64,000 bases of DNA. Source: Kudoa neothunni. Lineage: Eukaryota; Animalia; Cnidaria. The DNA lies in NCBI GenBank assembly GCA_964304625.1, contig OZ199838.1:1499158-1563157 (forward strand), in the 5' to 3' direction. The notes under the pieces were generated by a model. That model was not told where the DNA came from, did no database searches, and saw only the letters and a program-made list of their open reading frames with translations. A program made the position numbers and the translations under genes. Shown here one piece after another: positions 27,601 to 42,400 of the stretch; positions within the stretch are counted from its first letter, which is position 1, and every line of letters begins with the position of its first letter.

Positions 27601-28006
27601 GGGATCGTAGTTTTCAATTAAAATCGATTTTAGTCATCGAATTTTGAAAAAAGTTTCAATGTTTATTTCCTTGGAAAATTCGAAATCTCCCGTAAAAATT
27701 GAAATGGGTAGTAACTGGAGAGAAATTGATAGTTTTTTCGTTGAATAGATATAGAGAGACATAGAGAAGGTGGAAAATAAATTTGCATGTAAATATTGCG
27801 ACGTGAAATTATATCCTCAACAAAATAAAATTTATTAGAAAATAAAATAAACATCGTTATAAAGTGCTTCAAGACACTTCTTTTCCAATATATTTTTTTA
27901 CAGATAGAAAAGTTTTTTGTTAAAATTTTTTGAAATTTAAGGCGTTAAACATTCACACAGGCACACTAGAAAATCCACCCAAGTAAACGTCGAAAACTAC
28001 GATCCC
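27601..28006. mobile_element. 406-bp MITE with perfect 15-bp TIRs flanked by TA
   Basis: GGGATCGTAGTTTTC at 27601-27615 and GAAAACTACGATCCC at 27992-28006; TA immediately outside both ends. Confidence 0.8.
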
Positions 28007-30660
28007 TAGTTATAATGCTTTATAGTGGCATGTTTTGCCTCCATTGAGGCCGAATTCAAAAATATTTTATTATATATTTAACTTGTTCGTTCTGTAATAT
28101 AATTTAATTATATTTCGATTAGAATTAATTATTTAAATTTCCATGAAAAAAGTCTCAAGATAAAAAGCGTAAAACATGCGTCACAAGATTAATAATGCTG
28201 AAATTGTTATAACATATTGTTATATTTAGATCTAACTTTTTCAATCAATACATTAAAAAATATTACATATCTATATAACAAAAAATTGGTAAAATTGAAT
28301 CGTTTATATCTGCGAAAATTACGCCATTGACACGCACTTATAATATTCTCTATTTGTGATTTAAAAACGTGAGCCTATTTTCACAACAATATCGGCAAAA
28401 TTGAAAAATTTTATTTTTGAAAAAATTGATTAAGACGTGATTTATCAACGTTTAGAATGATCATCTATAGTAAAGCACATTATTTTTTGGTTGTTTCATT
28501 TATTTTTGAACTCCAAAATGATTATTATTAATTAATTAATTACAATATAAAATCATAATTTTAATTCTCTAAATTTATTTAGATTGTAAAAAGTTTATTG
28601 ATAGATTTATTACTTCAAAAATAAATAGGGTTTTCTACAATATTTTCTTGTTAAAAAAATCTATCTATTGAGCGATTATTATTGATTATTAACACAATTA
28701 ATTACAATATTCAAATAATATCCATGAAAAAATAATTATTACGAAGTTTTATCATTCCAAAATTAGGAAAAATAGTTCTAATCTAATCTAATCTAAGATA
28801 ATGATAATTTGGTAAATCAAACTTACCGAAACTTAATTAAAAGTAAAAATAAATATTAATAAAAGCTAAATATGTGAATATTACACGTGAAGAAGTATTA
28901 AAAATATTGAATTGTATATATTATAACGGTTCCATTAAAACTACACATTAGCTAATTAAGGAGGGAGTATTTAAAAGAGATAACAAGGAAGCCAACATTG
29001 AAATCATATTCAGATTTTGAGATCTTCACTTAGAATTTCTAATCATTAATTTAAGTGACTGGTTACAATGAAGGAATATTACCTTCATGTAAGGAAATAT
29101 TCCTTAATTTTGAAATAAGTAAATTAACAATAAAATTTCAGATTTATAAAAACAAAAAATAATCAAAAATAATATTCTTAATAATTATACTTGAACTTAA
29201 CGATAAAATGATTAAATGTTTAAAATAAATGAAAAAAATTGATTGAAATTTTTTGATCAAAGATAAATAAGGCACCTGAATAATAATCTCGTTTAAAATT
29301 TTAAAAGAGGTAATTATTTGATATTCGACAGTTAGCTCCACTTTATTAATAGAACTATATTTTTCTTCTATAATTTGACGCACGCTTTATACTGTCATTC
29401 AATGGGATGCAGGTCTGAATCAATTGAAGAAATGAAGAAGCGCGATTCTACGTACACCCTCATTTATGAGGGAAACTTAATTTCATGCTTGCTTCTTACA
29501 TGTAGTGTTCTTTGAACATATCATATTATGCATTTTTATTCACCTTAAAATTGTACAACCTAGCAACACGTGGAATAACCTTGTTTAAGTTTTGTCCTAC
29601 TCAAAATAGAGATTATATTTTTTATTATTAAACCTAATTTGATTTAGCACATTTCATTAAAGTTAATTAATAAAATTGTACATGAATAATGGAAAAATTG
29701 TTGATTTTATTATCCATTTAAAATTAAAATAAATAAAATTAATATACACCAGTTAGTAAATTGACAAATCCAATCAATTTTGAGATTATACTTGGAGAAA
29801 ATTAATAGTTTAGAGTAGATAATGAAACGATCGTACGAACATATGAATAATCTTATCATGATATATTCTTAATAGGCCATTATAGAAATATAATTTAATG
29901 GGACATTATTACTATAGCTGAAGAATATTTCAAGTAGGTTTTTTGTAATAATGTTAGCATAATTAATTAATCATCTAAAACAATATCGAGCTCATAAACC
30001 TTACCTAATGTATATTAATCATTAACTTATTGACGCTATTTTTTTGATAAAAGCTTTTTATATCGTCTAAAAAATGACCACACTATTTGTTGTGGAAATA
30101 TGTGGATATAACAATAGTTAACATTAATCTTAATTTTAACAAAATATACGAGTAATTAATAATCATGAAAAAAAGTTAAATAAATCATGTGTTTAATGAA
30201 AAGAATACTTTACTAAAACGTTTCACGTGCTATAATGATGATCCTTTGTTTAAGCGGAGGACCGGTGGCAAATCGCTATAATCCAATATAGATAGGAATT
30301 AGCATCAAAATATGCAGTAATTAAGATGTTGAAATCGGTAAAAATAGCGTAAAACTTAAGTTGAATCTGAATTTTACAAAATACACAATAAATATATTGC
30401 AAAACGTACAATAATACAGAGGGCGAACACAAACCAACAAAATGAATCATAAAGGTTGTTGGGAGGAAAACAGTAAACATCAGATCCACATTTTAATCTC
30501 GAGAAAATCAGCCTCATTGAACACAGCCTTATAGATATACTAATAGAATTGATTTTGGGTATTGTAATAATAAACAGCAATGGGTGTCAGAATTCACACC
30601 AAGCCTACTCTCAGGTAGAATATTTAATTTATTGTTTGAATGAACCAATCGTAGAACTCC

Positions 30661-31388
30661 ATGTGTGAGAACTTGAAAGCTTTGTTACTGCTAAGTTGTG
30701 GGGCGGTTTCATTTACGCTGTTATCGATAGCGTTGTTCAGTCCCACATGGATAAAAGTGGATGTGCCAGACAACAAAACTTACATATCTGGTCTATTCTA
30801 TGGTTGTATAGCTAAAGAGCCTAATATAGGTGAGGCATGCTCTGCGGAGATCTCTCTCCTAGACAATAGTAACTAGATGGTGTTTTTACTCAGCTTATGC
30901 TTATAACAATTAAATTTAGCTATAGCAGTCATAATTGGGGCATTTCTAGTGGTAGTGCTGGTTGGTATGCTGGCGGATGTTTTTATAATTATAGTTGCCT
31001 TTTATCATCGTTCAGGATTGTTATCCTTCTCAATCATATTCCACACATTAGTGGGTAAGTGGTGTTTATTGTTGTTCAATTAGGCTGATTTTTATGATTT
31101 AAAATAGAGGTGTTGTTTGCCGCGGCCATGGTAATAGTAAGTTGGATAATTTCTATGAAAATCTACCCGAAAAATTACATAATGATACAATCATTCGTGA
31201 GGCTGAGCGACACACCGGAATACGTACTCATGGAGAATATGGCTTACAACGAGGGAATGTTATTCTCGTGGTTATCATTTGGAACACACATTTTTTTGCT
31301 ATTATTGAAGATCATCATCTACTACTGCGATCATATGAGCTCGAGATACAAACCACTGTCCAACTCACCCCCTCCATATAATCCCTGA
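30661..31388 (+). CDS. Claudin/PMP22/EMP-family tetraspan membrane protein (3 coding exons)
   Basis: TM1 followed by W...GLF..C.....C first-loop signature (SPTW...SGLFYGC...EAC); three further hydrophobic segments; C-terminal PPPY motif. Confidence 0.75.
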
Positions 31389-31456
31389 ATTATCTATTGC
31401 TCACAATTAAAGAATCAATACACCCATGAAACATAAACATATTTTTAATTTTCAAG

Positions 31457-34076
31457 CTAGGCAGTTTCTAAAAGTTTCAATTTGACATCTTCCGCTATTT
31501 GCTTCTGAGTTTCAAAGTTTTTCAATTCCTGGATCGAATAACTTTGCGCCGAATCAAACGCATTCACTAGGCTGGTAGCGTAAAGAGGTAGGCCGTAGAA
31601 GTCGAGGATTTCAGTGCATTGTTTTAGTATCGCTATCGATTGTCTATCATCGTAGGATACGCTCTAAATTAGATACAACAAATAAAAATCATTATTTTCA
31701 TCCTTTTTTTGCAATTTTTATACATCTATAGTAGTATTTAAATTGTCTACGTTGTAGATTAATGTAAAGCCGTTAATTCAATTTTATACATATTTATCAA
31801 TGTTAACTTAAATTTGATAAAAGTTTTTTCCATAAAGATCCATTTAAAAAAAAATTTTTTAATAAAATTCCCTCGAATTTTCTGTTTATATTTGAAAAAT
31901 TATTATAGCCTAACCATTATTTAACCTTCATTTTTTCAAGAGAATGAATATTTGCATGATAAATAATATTAAGGTGTCATTAGTTTTGACTATGTTTAAT
32001 TATTTCTCGGCTCTAGGAGAAAACTAATGAAAAAGAAATAATTAAATAGAGCGGGTTTATATAAATTTAATCTATAAATAGCTTTTAATTAGGAGTTTTT
32101 GATATTGAAATTTCAATTACGCATGCGTACATGATGTTAAAGATTAAATTTATCATGAAAATAGTCTCCGTGAATTATTTTTGTATTTGGGATTAAAAAT
32201 GATCTAAAAATAGACAATCACTCTAAATTAAGCTGAGACATTCTTGTTAGTCAAAATTCGTTTGATAAAAAAAATTTATTTATTTCTTAATACACACATC
32301 AAATTATGTATTTTTCTCCAATTCAATTTAAAAATCTATCGGATCAAATTATCAAAGCTGGATAAATAATAAATAACGGCGCAGAAAATTAGAATTAATA
32401 AATAATAAGACATCAATCAATTACAATTTTTTAACATATAAAAGCTTTTTTAAATTATATCTGCCGATAATATTCAGAGATAATATTATTTTGTGGATTT
32501 CGTTGTAATGTTGTCGCTAAATACAAACAAGTTTGCCGAAAAAATATTAAGCTGAACCTAGAATCCGCCAGTATACTGTTATAATATTATTGGAGCAATA
32601 AAGAGCACAATTTAGTTAATTTTATTTTACTTTACTTTACTAAGTCTATCAAACATCGAAAATTAATCCAATGTTATACGCGCACGCAAGGTTGTACTTT
32701 AGCCTAAATAACTTTTATTTGAATTAATATACAAAGTTAATTTTCAAATAATAATTTAAAAAATTATTTCTGACAACCGCTATGCTCATAATGATAATGA
32801 AAAATGTGAAATTTGGTCATATTTATATATAGGGATTAGATTTAATAGGCCAATTAAAAAATTCCTTTATTTGAAAAAAACGAATAATCGTGAAGTGCTG
32901 CCGAGAAGATTAGCAAAGATTATTCTATAAATTAAAGTTGGGTTTTCTCCAACTTTTGCATGTGGCTGTCATTACAAAATATGTAATTAATTTATAAAAC
33001 ATATATATTTTTAATTCTGGGGCATTCTCGAACCAAAATATTATTCGAATGCTTTTTTTGGTAGCATTTTAATGTTGTACATCCAAATATAACTAGGAAG
33101 CACTTACTTGCCAAAAAATTTCACTTTCGACTTGAGAAAGATCCATACTTTGAATGTTGTGAGAACCAAACCAAATGTAACCATTCGCGCCAAAAATCAC
33201 ATTAATCCCACAAGGTAGAAGATGGATTTGAGTTTTTAAACGTTTGATTCGACAGATTTGAACTTTAGTCATCACTCCAGGAGGTAACTTGTTTCAAAGT
33301 GAGGATCATAAACAAATTGGTAAAATAGCAATCACTTTCCCATATCTGATACTACGCGTGTGCAACGAAAGAGTTCCGTCACTATTAATATGCTGTACCT
33401 CGGCCTATAGTTAAATAAAACACCCCGCGTTAAATCCCTCTAACAATACCACAACCAAATCCCCTTTATTCATGAACACCTTCATTTGTAGTTCGTCTTC
33501 CACATTTTTTCTTCGCTAAATGAATTGCATTCAATAAGCGATATTAATCTTTAAATACATTACCAACTCTCCTCCAGGTAAATTTATTGAGGACAACAAC
33601 AACACAGCTTCTCTCCTAGCATTAATATCCAAATACCATCGTCGATTTTCAATCTAAAAATCATGCATCGACTGTTACTTCAAACAACTATGTGACTCAC
33701 TCTGGTTATTCTGCCTATCACTACATCACCAATATCACCACTATATCTAGATTGAAATAAAAAAGTTAGATTTCGAACTGAACCCTCACTTTGAATTCAG
33801 CGGATTAACACAAATCAGTTTGTTCACCCTCTCTTTGATCCCAACTACTGATGACACAATATTACCATCCTCTGTGTAGGTATGGTGTCCTCTAATTTGT
33901 TAACAGTTTAAATGCTGATTTAAAATTCCTCCTGCCGTGTAAATCAACCTCATAAAATTTTCTTCGGTAGCAATCTCGTCAGACGGCAACATCAATCCTA
34001 TTATCTCTTTACCCTTGACCTCATCATCGGTTACTAGTGGTTCCCTAGTGGAATAAGAGTATACGTTTTGTGCCAT
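31457..34076 (-). CDS. EXOSC2: Exosome complex component RRP4
   Basis: FMRGHHTY, YSGDIGDVVIGRIT, SSINLPGGELRRK, DELQM..F...GDLVVAEVQ, DGTLSLHTRSIRYGKL, GANGYIW; last exon (31663-31457) SVSYDDRQSIAILKQC follows a ~1.4 kb intron. Confidence 0.95.
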
Positions 34077-34949
34077 AGCTATAAAGATGAAAAGTTGATC
34101 GCGCTTGCGCATTAGAAAAAATATTATAAACGCCATTTAACATTGACTTTCTTATCAAATAAGCCTTCTTTAAGAATTATAGCTTCAAAAAAGTTTATGC
34201 TAGTGTTTATAATTTTTTCTAATTTATATGTAAATACCTAATTTATTTATTGAGGGTAAAATTAAAAATTTTATAATTATAATGGAACGTTTTTTATTTA
34301 TTTAGGGGGTTGAAATAAATAATTAAATGAAACATTATATAATAAATATTTTACATCAATTAATGTTATGATTGGGATTTGTGGAATGTTTGAATAAGTT
34401 AATAAATTACTTGATCTAGTATTTTTAAAATTAATTTTATTAATTTATACTTATGTACGCAAATATATCAAAATTAGTTTTTATCATTTATTAATTAAAC
34501 TATGTCGAATTTTGTCTAGTTGCCGTTATAAAAATTAAAATTGTATCATTTATTAGTTTCTAAATCATATAAAACGTTGATCTTTTTTACGTTTAATATT
34601 ATTTATTCGAGTAAATCCGAAAATAAAGTTACAAAATTTAAACTTTAATAGATTAGTTTATTATTTAATAGTTTTGTACAACTTTAAATTTATGCAATAC
34701 ATTACGAATTAGGTTAGAATTGAATTAATTATACTATCGTTGTAGGTTGTGTGGCAGAGTTGAGAATATCTAACAAATGATTGTCATACTAACTATCCAA
34801 ATGAGTTTAATTATGACAGCATTAATTATTTTAGGCCCCCAACCGAAATAATCTTGGACCAAAAATAATTAAATACAGTAGAATCTAGAAAATAAACTAT
34901 ATATGCCAACTATAAATAGGAGTTCCTAAGATAAGTAATGAATAAAACT

Positions 34950-35830
34950 ACTGCTCATTCTCTTAATTTAGAGAATTTTTAGCGGTTGAATTCAATTTTA
35001 TCTAAATAAATGTTATATCACAAAAATATTACACCGATAATTCAGCGTATGGCTGATAAGTCATTTGTAACTTTAAGAAACTTTATCATAAAACCCCTAT
35101 TGATTAAGTGATCCCGAGTGATCTATTACATACAGTTAGAGCTTATGGAATATCTCCAAAGGAAAATTTTTCTATTTGAGTTGCATCTGTCTAACTGAAA
35201 ATATTTGGAGTCAAATGACACCAAACGTTGACTTCAGCATGGTTAAAACAAAGGCTGGAGTGTGACTCAAAACATTACCTTGAAGGGTGTCAATCTTAGA
35301 CAGTTTCAGACACTTTAATCACTAAAAGTGTGATCTTATAGAATATTATTTCGATGAGGATAATTATGGGATTCGAGATAGAGAATGAAAGACTTCGTGG
35401 AGCTAGTGGGAATCATTAAGTCAAAATAATAATTAACGAAGAACTGTTACATTTTCGATATAAATGTCAAAGAACTTGTTTAAGGAAATATGGTCTGAGG
35501 AATATGAGGAAAAGGTGAAAGTTCTATCATAAAAGAAGCGAGTGTTAAGTGAAGTCAAATGAAGCTCTCGTGGATAAATTGAATAAGGATACAGTGTTGA
35601 TGAATGGAGCAGTTGAAATTTTTAACGATATCGTTATAATTTTTTTTTAAACTCTACAACGAAGGAAAAAACAACAAAGAGTAAATATTTCCTTTGTCAT
35701 TGTAAAAATAACAACTAATTCAGAAGGAGATCCAGGTGGAAAGAGGAAAATCCAGATTAGTCCCTCATCGATAAAAGTAATCCTTGTTCTTTAGTTAATA
35801 TAGACTCAATGGATCTAATCGAATGACAGC
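34950..35830 (-). mobile_element. Highly decayed Penelope-like reverse transcriptase relic
   Basis: Fragments EGLIW..FPPGSPSEL (RT GxPxGSP-like), QIYPRELHLT (IYPxELxL) and LYRK occur in RT order, broken by stops and frameshifts. Confidence 0.35.
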
Positions 35831-36401
35831 ATAGAAAATATTAATAAATGATTATTTTGTTAATATTTAATACGCATTCTATTTTATAAATACATTATAT
35901 ATACGTGTTCATATTTTATTATTATTTAAAATAGTAATTTATTTTGTGCGTGTTAACAGATTAAGAAAATTTTAATTATTTTTCATTTAAAAAAAAATTA
36001 TTCAGAATACAAAAACATTTCTAGAATGAGTAATGTTCGAAATTCGAGATTAAACTGTATATATATTAAAACTATTACATGATATATTAAATAATAATAT
36101 AAATTCTTCATTTTATGTTTATTAGAAAATAGCTCTAATTGTTATTTTGAATTGTTTCTATAATAATTAAATTAAATAAAATATCTAAATTTTTAAGTAA
36201 CATCGAAAAGAGAAAATAATCAATATTCATTCATAAAAGAATTCAATTTATGAATAGTTATTATTTCAACGGAACTTCGGAGACCTCAGTTTAAAGAACT
36301 GAATAGGAACAAATCAATATCTAATCCATTGTATCAATATATTTAAAGTAGTATATATAACACTTATTCTTCGTTAATTCGATATACGAAAAATTATAGT
36401 T

Positions 36402-39400
36402 ATGACGATAAATCTTAGATTTGTCTCATCAATATTTCTTCTATTTTTAGTTTGTAATTTATGTTTTAATTAATAATTTTTATCAGCATCTGTAGTATGT
36501 GGAAGGCATGTTCTTGCCATTAATATCGATAATAATATTATGAAATTGAGATATTCAACCCAGCAAAATAAATATATTATCTCACTTTCAGGATATGATA
36601 TTGAAAATAGTTATAAGAAATGTGCACTCCAATATTACGGCCATGAAAATGCACCTATTGACACCATCTCTATATGCAGTGATATAACTGGTGCTACTAT
36701 GGACGCAACTTCAAATATGTGCATTTTTGTCTGCAAAAGAGTAGAACTAAAACCTAGCGGCCAAGAATTGAAAGCCGTTAAATTTTTAAAATGGTGCCAA
36801 GTAACAAATAATAATAATAATAATGTCAAAATGTGCGCTAATAAAAAGACTTTCAGGATAAAAGGTATGTGCTTAAAATGTTGTATTTTTAAATTATTAT
36901 CTTATAGATCTTTATCTAAAAAGTGTGATTAAGGTCACAAAGCAAGATAATACATTTAATGTCACTGTTAAAACTAAAGTCAATAGGGGACTAAGTGTTA
37001 AAGAGGACTCTATTGTAAAATCAACACATTCGTTAGATGAGGGATTTTATACAGAAAAATCGATTACACTTCATACTAAATCGTACAAATCTAATTATTT
37101 TGTTGAATTCCTCGATCGGTCATCAGAAATATTATTGAATCCACATAAACCTGATGTGGATTGGTTTATAGCAACTGGCTCTAAAAGTAACAACCATTAT
37201 ACAATTATACTTCAAAATCCAAATCCATCTCAGTTATGTTACTTTGGAATAAAAGATATTAATGAAGTTCATTTTTCTTCTAATTGCTCAGATATGAAAA
37301 AAGCTGGGCCATGTTTTCAGCCTTGTTACAGGGCAACATTATTTCACGACTCAGTCTTGAATTATGCTCAAGTACTTGTGAAACCGCACGGAAAGATAAT
37401 GTCGAAAGAGTTTATTCAAATAGTGACATGTAAGTTCTAACTAATTCAATTTGTTGTAAAATATTCCATAGTTAATGCTGCTAATCAACCAACTGTCACC
37501 TCAACTGGAAAGAATGGAGCTACTGTCAATTTAACTAGTTTAAATAAGAATGAAGATGATAGTGGTGTTGCGACTGGTGCAGAAATAAAAGAAATTAAAT
37601 TAATTGAAAAATATCATGGAGTTGAAAGCAGTGGAAAAGATCTTACATGTACTGAAAATTGTAAAACATTCGAAAAAATTACTATAAGTTCGCTTGAACC
37701 ACTGACGGAATATATTTTAAAGATAAAAATAACTGGACTTAAAACCGTGGACTCACCAGAAGTCAAATATTATCACCGCTATATTTATTTCAAAACTATA
37801 GGTAATCAAAAATTTGCAAAAATCTTAATGATTTGAAATAGGTGAGGAATTTACAGGAGTAGGTAGTAATCTTATTCCGATTGTTGGGACAGCTGAACCT
37901 ACTACATTAAGTCTAAATCTTAATAGTTTATTTTCCAGTGGTGGCGATAATGGCAAAACATGTGAACTCTATTATTCAATTGTGGACAGTGAGACTTCAA
38001 AATTTCCTGCTACATGCAAGGACAATGATGTTAAGAAATTTTGCTCCGGCATATGTAGTGAGAACTTTAAAATTATTAACCTTGATCCAAAAACCAACTA
38101 CCAAATAACAGTTTGTTCCAAAGGATATACATGTATTAAAACAGCTACTAAAGAGAGTAACTTTTCAATGTAATAATATAATAATCAGTTAAATATAGCT
38201 GGTGGGGTCGAATTTACATTGGATACTACCAACATTGAAACAGATAAGAAAACTAAAATAACAATGACAAAATCCGCTGGGGAAAATGGAAGTTTCGGAG
38301 AATTTTGGGGCTTCGTTCTACTGGAAGAAACATCTAAGCGAATAATAACAGATTGTTTGAATGGCGAGTGCAATCCCACCATTAATATTGGATCAGGGAC
38401 CATTACGTTAGAACTTTCATGGACTAATCTTAATGCTGACGTCAAATATAAGGTTGTTCTTATAAATAAAGATAAAGCCAAGCCAAAAGAAACCAGCTTT
38501 GAATGTATTTATTTTTATTTTGAATAATCTCTTTATTTCTATAGTTGATACCGAAAAAAATTCTCAGGGTATGATTTTATACTATGGCAAATCAGCAACA
38601 GAATATAAGGTCAAATTCAATGATGGACAATTATCGAAAACTGATGTACAGTGCACAATCAAAAAATCAAATGATGACTTAACTGCTTATGAAGAATTGG
38701 GAGGTAACAGTGGGATGCCTCCAAAAAAATGCAATGAACTTTCAACCGAATTTGATATTGAAATTGATATTCAAAATAAATTTAAATATATTTCCGTCAC
38801 TTATCCAGATCCTAAATCTGTAATCGTATTAAACTTAGTAAAATACGCTGTTACCGGAAATTTTTCTTCATTGTTGAGACTATTTCGAAGCAATTTCGAC
38901 GAGAGCAAAAGTACACCCCAAAGATCACCGCCGGAAAATATTCAAATACTACAAAAATTAAATTCACAACCAACAACTTTTAATTCTGGAAAAGTTTATT
39001 CGTACTATATGGGTATTAAATAAATTAATGTGAAATTTAAGATTTTTTAGATGTGTATGAGGAAATAACGCATACAGCTAAATTAGATGGAGACAAAATT
39101 AAATTATCTTTAGATAAATGTCCATCGTCTTGTAAAGCGTACAAGGACGGATATGAGGAAACAGGAATATCAGAAGCATGTGATGGTGCGTCAAGTACAT
39201 TTAAAAGTTACTCTATTCCATTCGACGAACTGGTGAAAGATTATTATATAAGTTGTCCAGAATATTTTGACTTTCATTATTTTTACGACAATACATTTGT
39301 TAAAAACCACGCTTCGGTTTTCAGTAGATTTTATTATGAATTAAACAACAATGATGAAAATAATGCATTAACAGTTCGACTGGTTAATGAAGAGCCATTT

Positions 39401-42400
39401 GAAATGTGCACATTTGAATGGATTGATGCTACAGCGTCATCTTCACATAATTTTTTTTCAAACGTGTGCGAGAATAAGAACAACTATTTTTATAGTATAT
39501 GCAGTAGCTATAAATTTGGAAATTTGCCAACAACCGTAAAGGCAGTGAAAATACGTGTCCTAAAACTTGGAATGAAACCTTCGATTGGTTACCAAAATAA
39601 TATATACCTACGTAATATTAAAAATATTTAATAAATAAATGTATATATATATATATAATAATTTTTAGTGGAACAAGGAAGCGATATTTCAGTTACATCA
39701 TCAGGAACAAAATTTAAGATCAACATTAGTCGTAATAATAAAGGTATAGGTGGTAATGCTGTTTCCAGTGCATCTGGTGTACAATGCACCCTGAAATTTT
39801 GGAATGCATATGCCCCGTTGGTTATGGAAAATGGACGGAAATCTGTAAGTAATACATCACCTTGTGTATTTGGAGAAATGGATATAACGTCAATTTCTAA
39901 TCATTTACCTAACGATATTATGGTATCTATAACAAATATACCAGATTATTCACTCAGAAAATATTTTTACCATAAAGCCAGTAATTTATGTATCAATATT
40001 CTTTTGTAAATATTTTTAAGACCAAAACAATGAACTTACCTCTGAAAATATACAATTTATTCCTACTGCTAGTGGATTCACATTAATCAAAATACATTTT
40101 CAGCAACAGTCACATGCACTATCTACGTCCGGGAACTCAATAAATTGTTTTACCCTGCTATTTGTTTAGGAAATAAGCCATGTGTCAAAACATGCAACTC
40201 CGGTTTTACTATCATTGATCTTTACTCAGATGCCACCTATGACCTCAAGATCGTTCCTACTGGAGCCTATAATATTAAAACTGTTCCAAACATAAAAACA
40301 AGTAGAAAACATTAGTTTTTAAATTAATGATAAATAATAGGCGGCACTACAATTCAGTTCGTAGTTTCGGATAAATCTAAGAAGAATAATCTCATAATAC
40401 AACCTACATCATCATTTGAGGATGCTTGTAGTACAAACTGCTATTATCAGTTGTATAAACATGGAGCGGACCAAGGTAATGATACCGCGTTATTTTTATA
40501 AAACACATTTATAGATTCCCCTACAAAAATCGTAATGTCTTGCATCGGTTGCACTGGAAATGAAAACATTAAAAAATGCAATGAAATTCAATTTGATGAT
40601 AAAATATATGATAATAAGTATAACTATACATTGTTGGTATACGCGCACGAAAAATCAAAACCTGTCAAACTATCAATACCAGGTAACGTGTTTAGCTGTT
40701 TTCATTCTACATATTTTTATAGCTTTTCTCGAAATGGAAAACTTGAACAAAAGTTTATTTCTTCTGTTGCTAACAATGTTGAGAGGTTTTCCATTAAACT
40801 ATCGGAATTTCCTCAGGGTAATAAATGTGTCATAAAAATATCGAGTTTTACAACACCCCGTGTATTCAAAAAACCAACAAGTTGCAAGGAATTAAGTGGA
40901 AATGACTGCTTAGTGGACTGTAGTCAAAATGATTTGGAAGTCGGATACATAAATTCAAAAATGGATCGATATTTATTAGTTTGTTATGGGAAAAAATGAA
41001 GGGGAAGCCAAAGCATGTAAAAAGACCCAAGTTTTTCCATTAATAATGAGTAATCAAAATATATTGTCATCCTTTGGATTATTTGATTAAAATATAATTT
41101 AAAAATAAGCTTTATTATAAAATTTATTCATCTAAAATAATCCTTTTTGTAGATTTCAATCAAAAAAACACTTATTCAATATCTCATGCTGATGGAAATA
41201 TTACGTTTTCATATAAAACTAACTCGATTTCAGACTGGAAGGTGGAGTATGATGGAAAACATGACAAACGTAGTGATACGTTTAAAAATGAGTTGGCATT
41301 AACAACTTATACCGACACTACAGAAACAAAATCTGCTACATTTTTAATTGACAGATCCATGGATTATTACAAAATTAGTTCAACGCTATTGTGGCCTGGA
41401 TTATTCTATTTTTTGAATAATAGTTATTTATATGATAATACACCCCTAAGATCGCAGATAATTTATTCTATTTCAAAAGATAATAGCGAGAACAAAATAA
41501 AAATAAAAATTCTCTCCTGGTCCATATAACGATGATATTTGTCATATCAAGGTATTTGAAGTCGACAGTGCTGGTACCGAAATACAAGACAAAATTCTGA
41601 ATGGATGTAAAGATAGAGAAAAGGAATGCTTCCAACTTTGTCAAGACGGCATTATCCATCTGACAGAAGTAAAGGACAAAGTTGGCGTTATAGTAAAAAG
41701 ACGATTTGATGCTGACGGATTCACACAATACTATAAAAGTAAAATCATATTAATTTTGATGAATAATGCTTTATAGGAGGTGATAGCGATATCGATATCG
41801 ATGTAAGAGATATTACGAGTATAGGGGTCGCTGTTCATGGACTTAACGTTTACAAAAAAATTAATGGGGAAAGAGCAGATATTACATGTACTATTAAAGT
41901 ATATAGAGCAAATCTTTTTTCTACCGAAACCAAAGCCCAATGCAGAAGCAATGGTGAATGCAATACTGACTGTGAAGATTCATACTCAATTATTAACTTG
42001 GAGGAAGGAACAAATTACATCATTTCTGTATCGATAAATAATCTTGGAATTAATGGATATACAAAGAAACTGACATTCCGAACAAGTATCTGTAAATTTT
42101 ATCGAAATATATTATAATTATGTTTAGCTGGAGGAAAAACAATTGGTGAAGATAGTTCAACTCCCATCATAAAGGGTGGCAACGCTACCATAACATCATT
42201 TCCAGCAGATGATTCATTGCCATACTGCCGAATTTTTCTCAAAAAAAATGGTACCTCCGATCCAAAGTATATGGCTACTTGTGACGAAATTGGGGCATGC
42301 GAACAAAAATGCGATAGTAAATTCAAGATTATCAATCTTGTATTAGGAGCAACTTACGAAATGACTGTTGAACCATCCGATGGTAGAAAAGTGAGGAAAT

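Noticed and set aside
32895-32975. 13-nt match to U6 snRNA (GAGAAGATTAGCA; antisense on the EXOSC2 intron strand) next to a hairpin and a C-box-like GTAATGA, suggesting a U6-guide snoRNA or U6 fragment
   Set aside because: No CTGA D box at the required spacing and the U6 similarity does not extend; compatible with chance. snoscan or Infernal would settle it.
40985-41000. Programmed ribosomal frameshift at GGG AAA AAA TGA
   Set aside because: Not a canonical in-frame slippery heptamer for the needed +1 shift; an alternative donor or an assembly indel explains it more simply.
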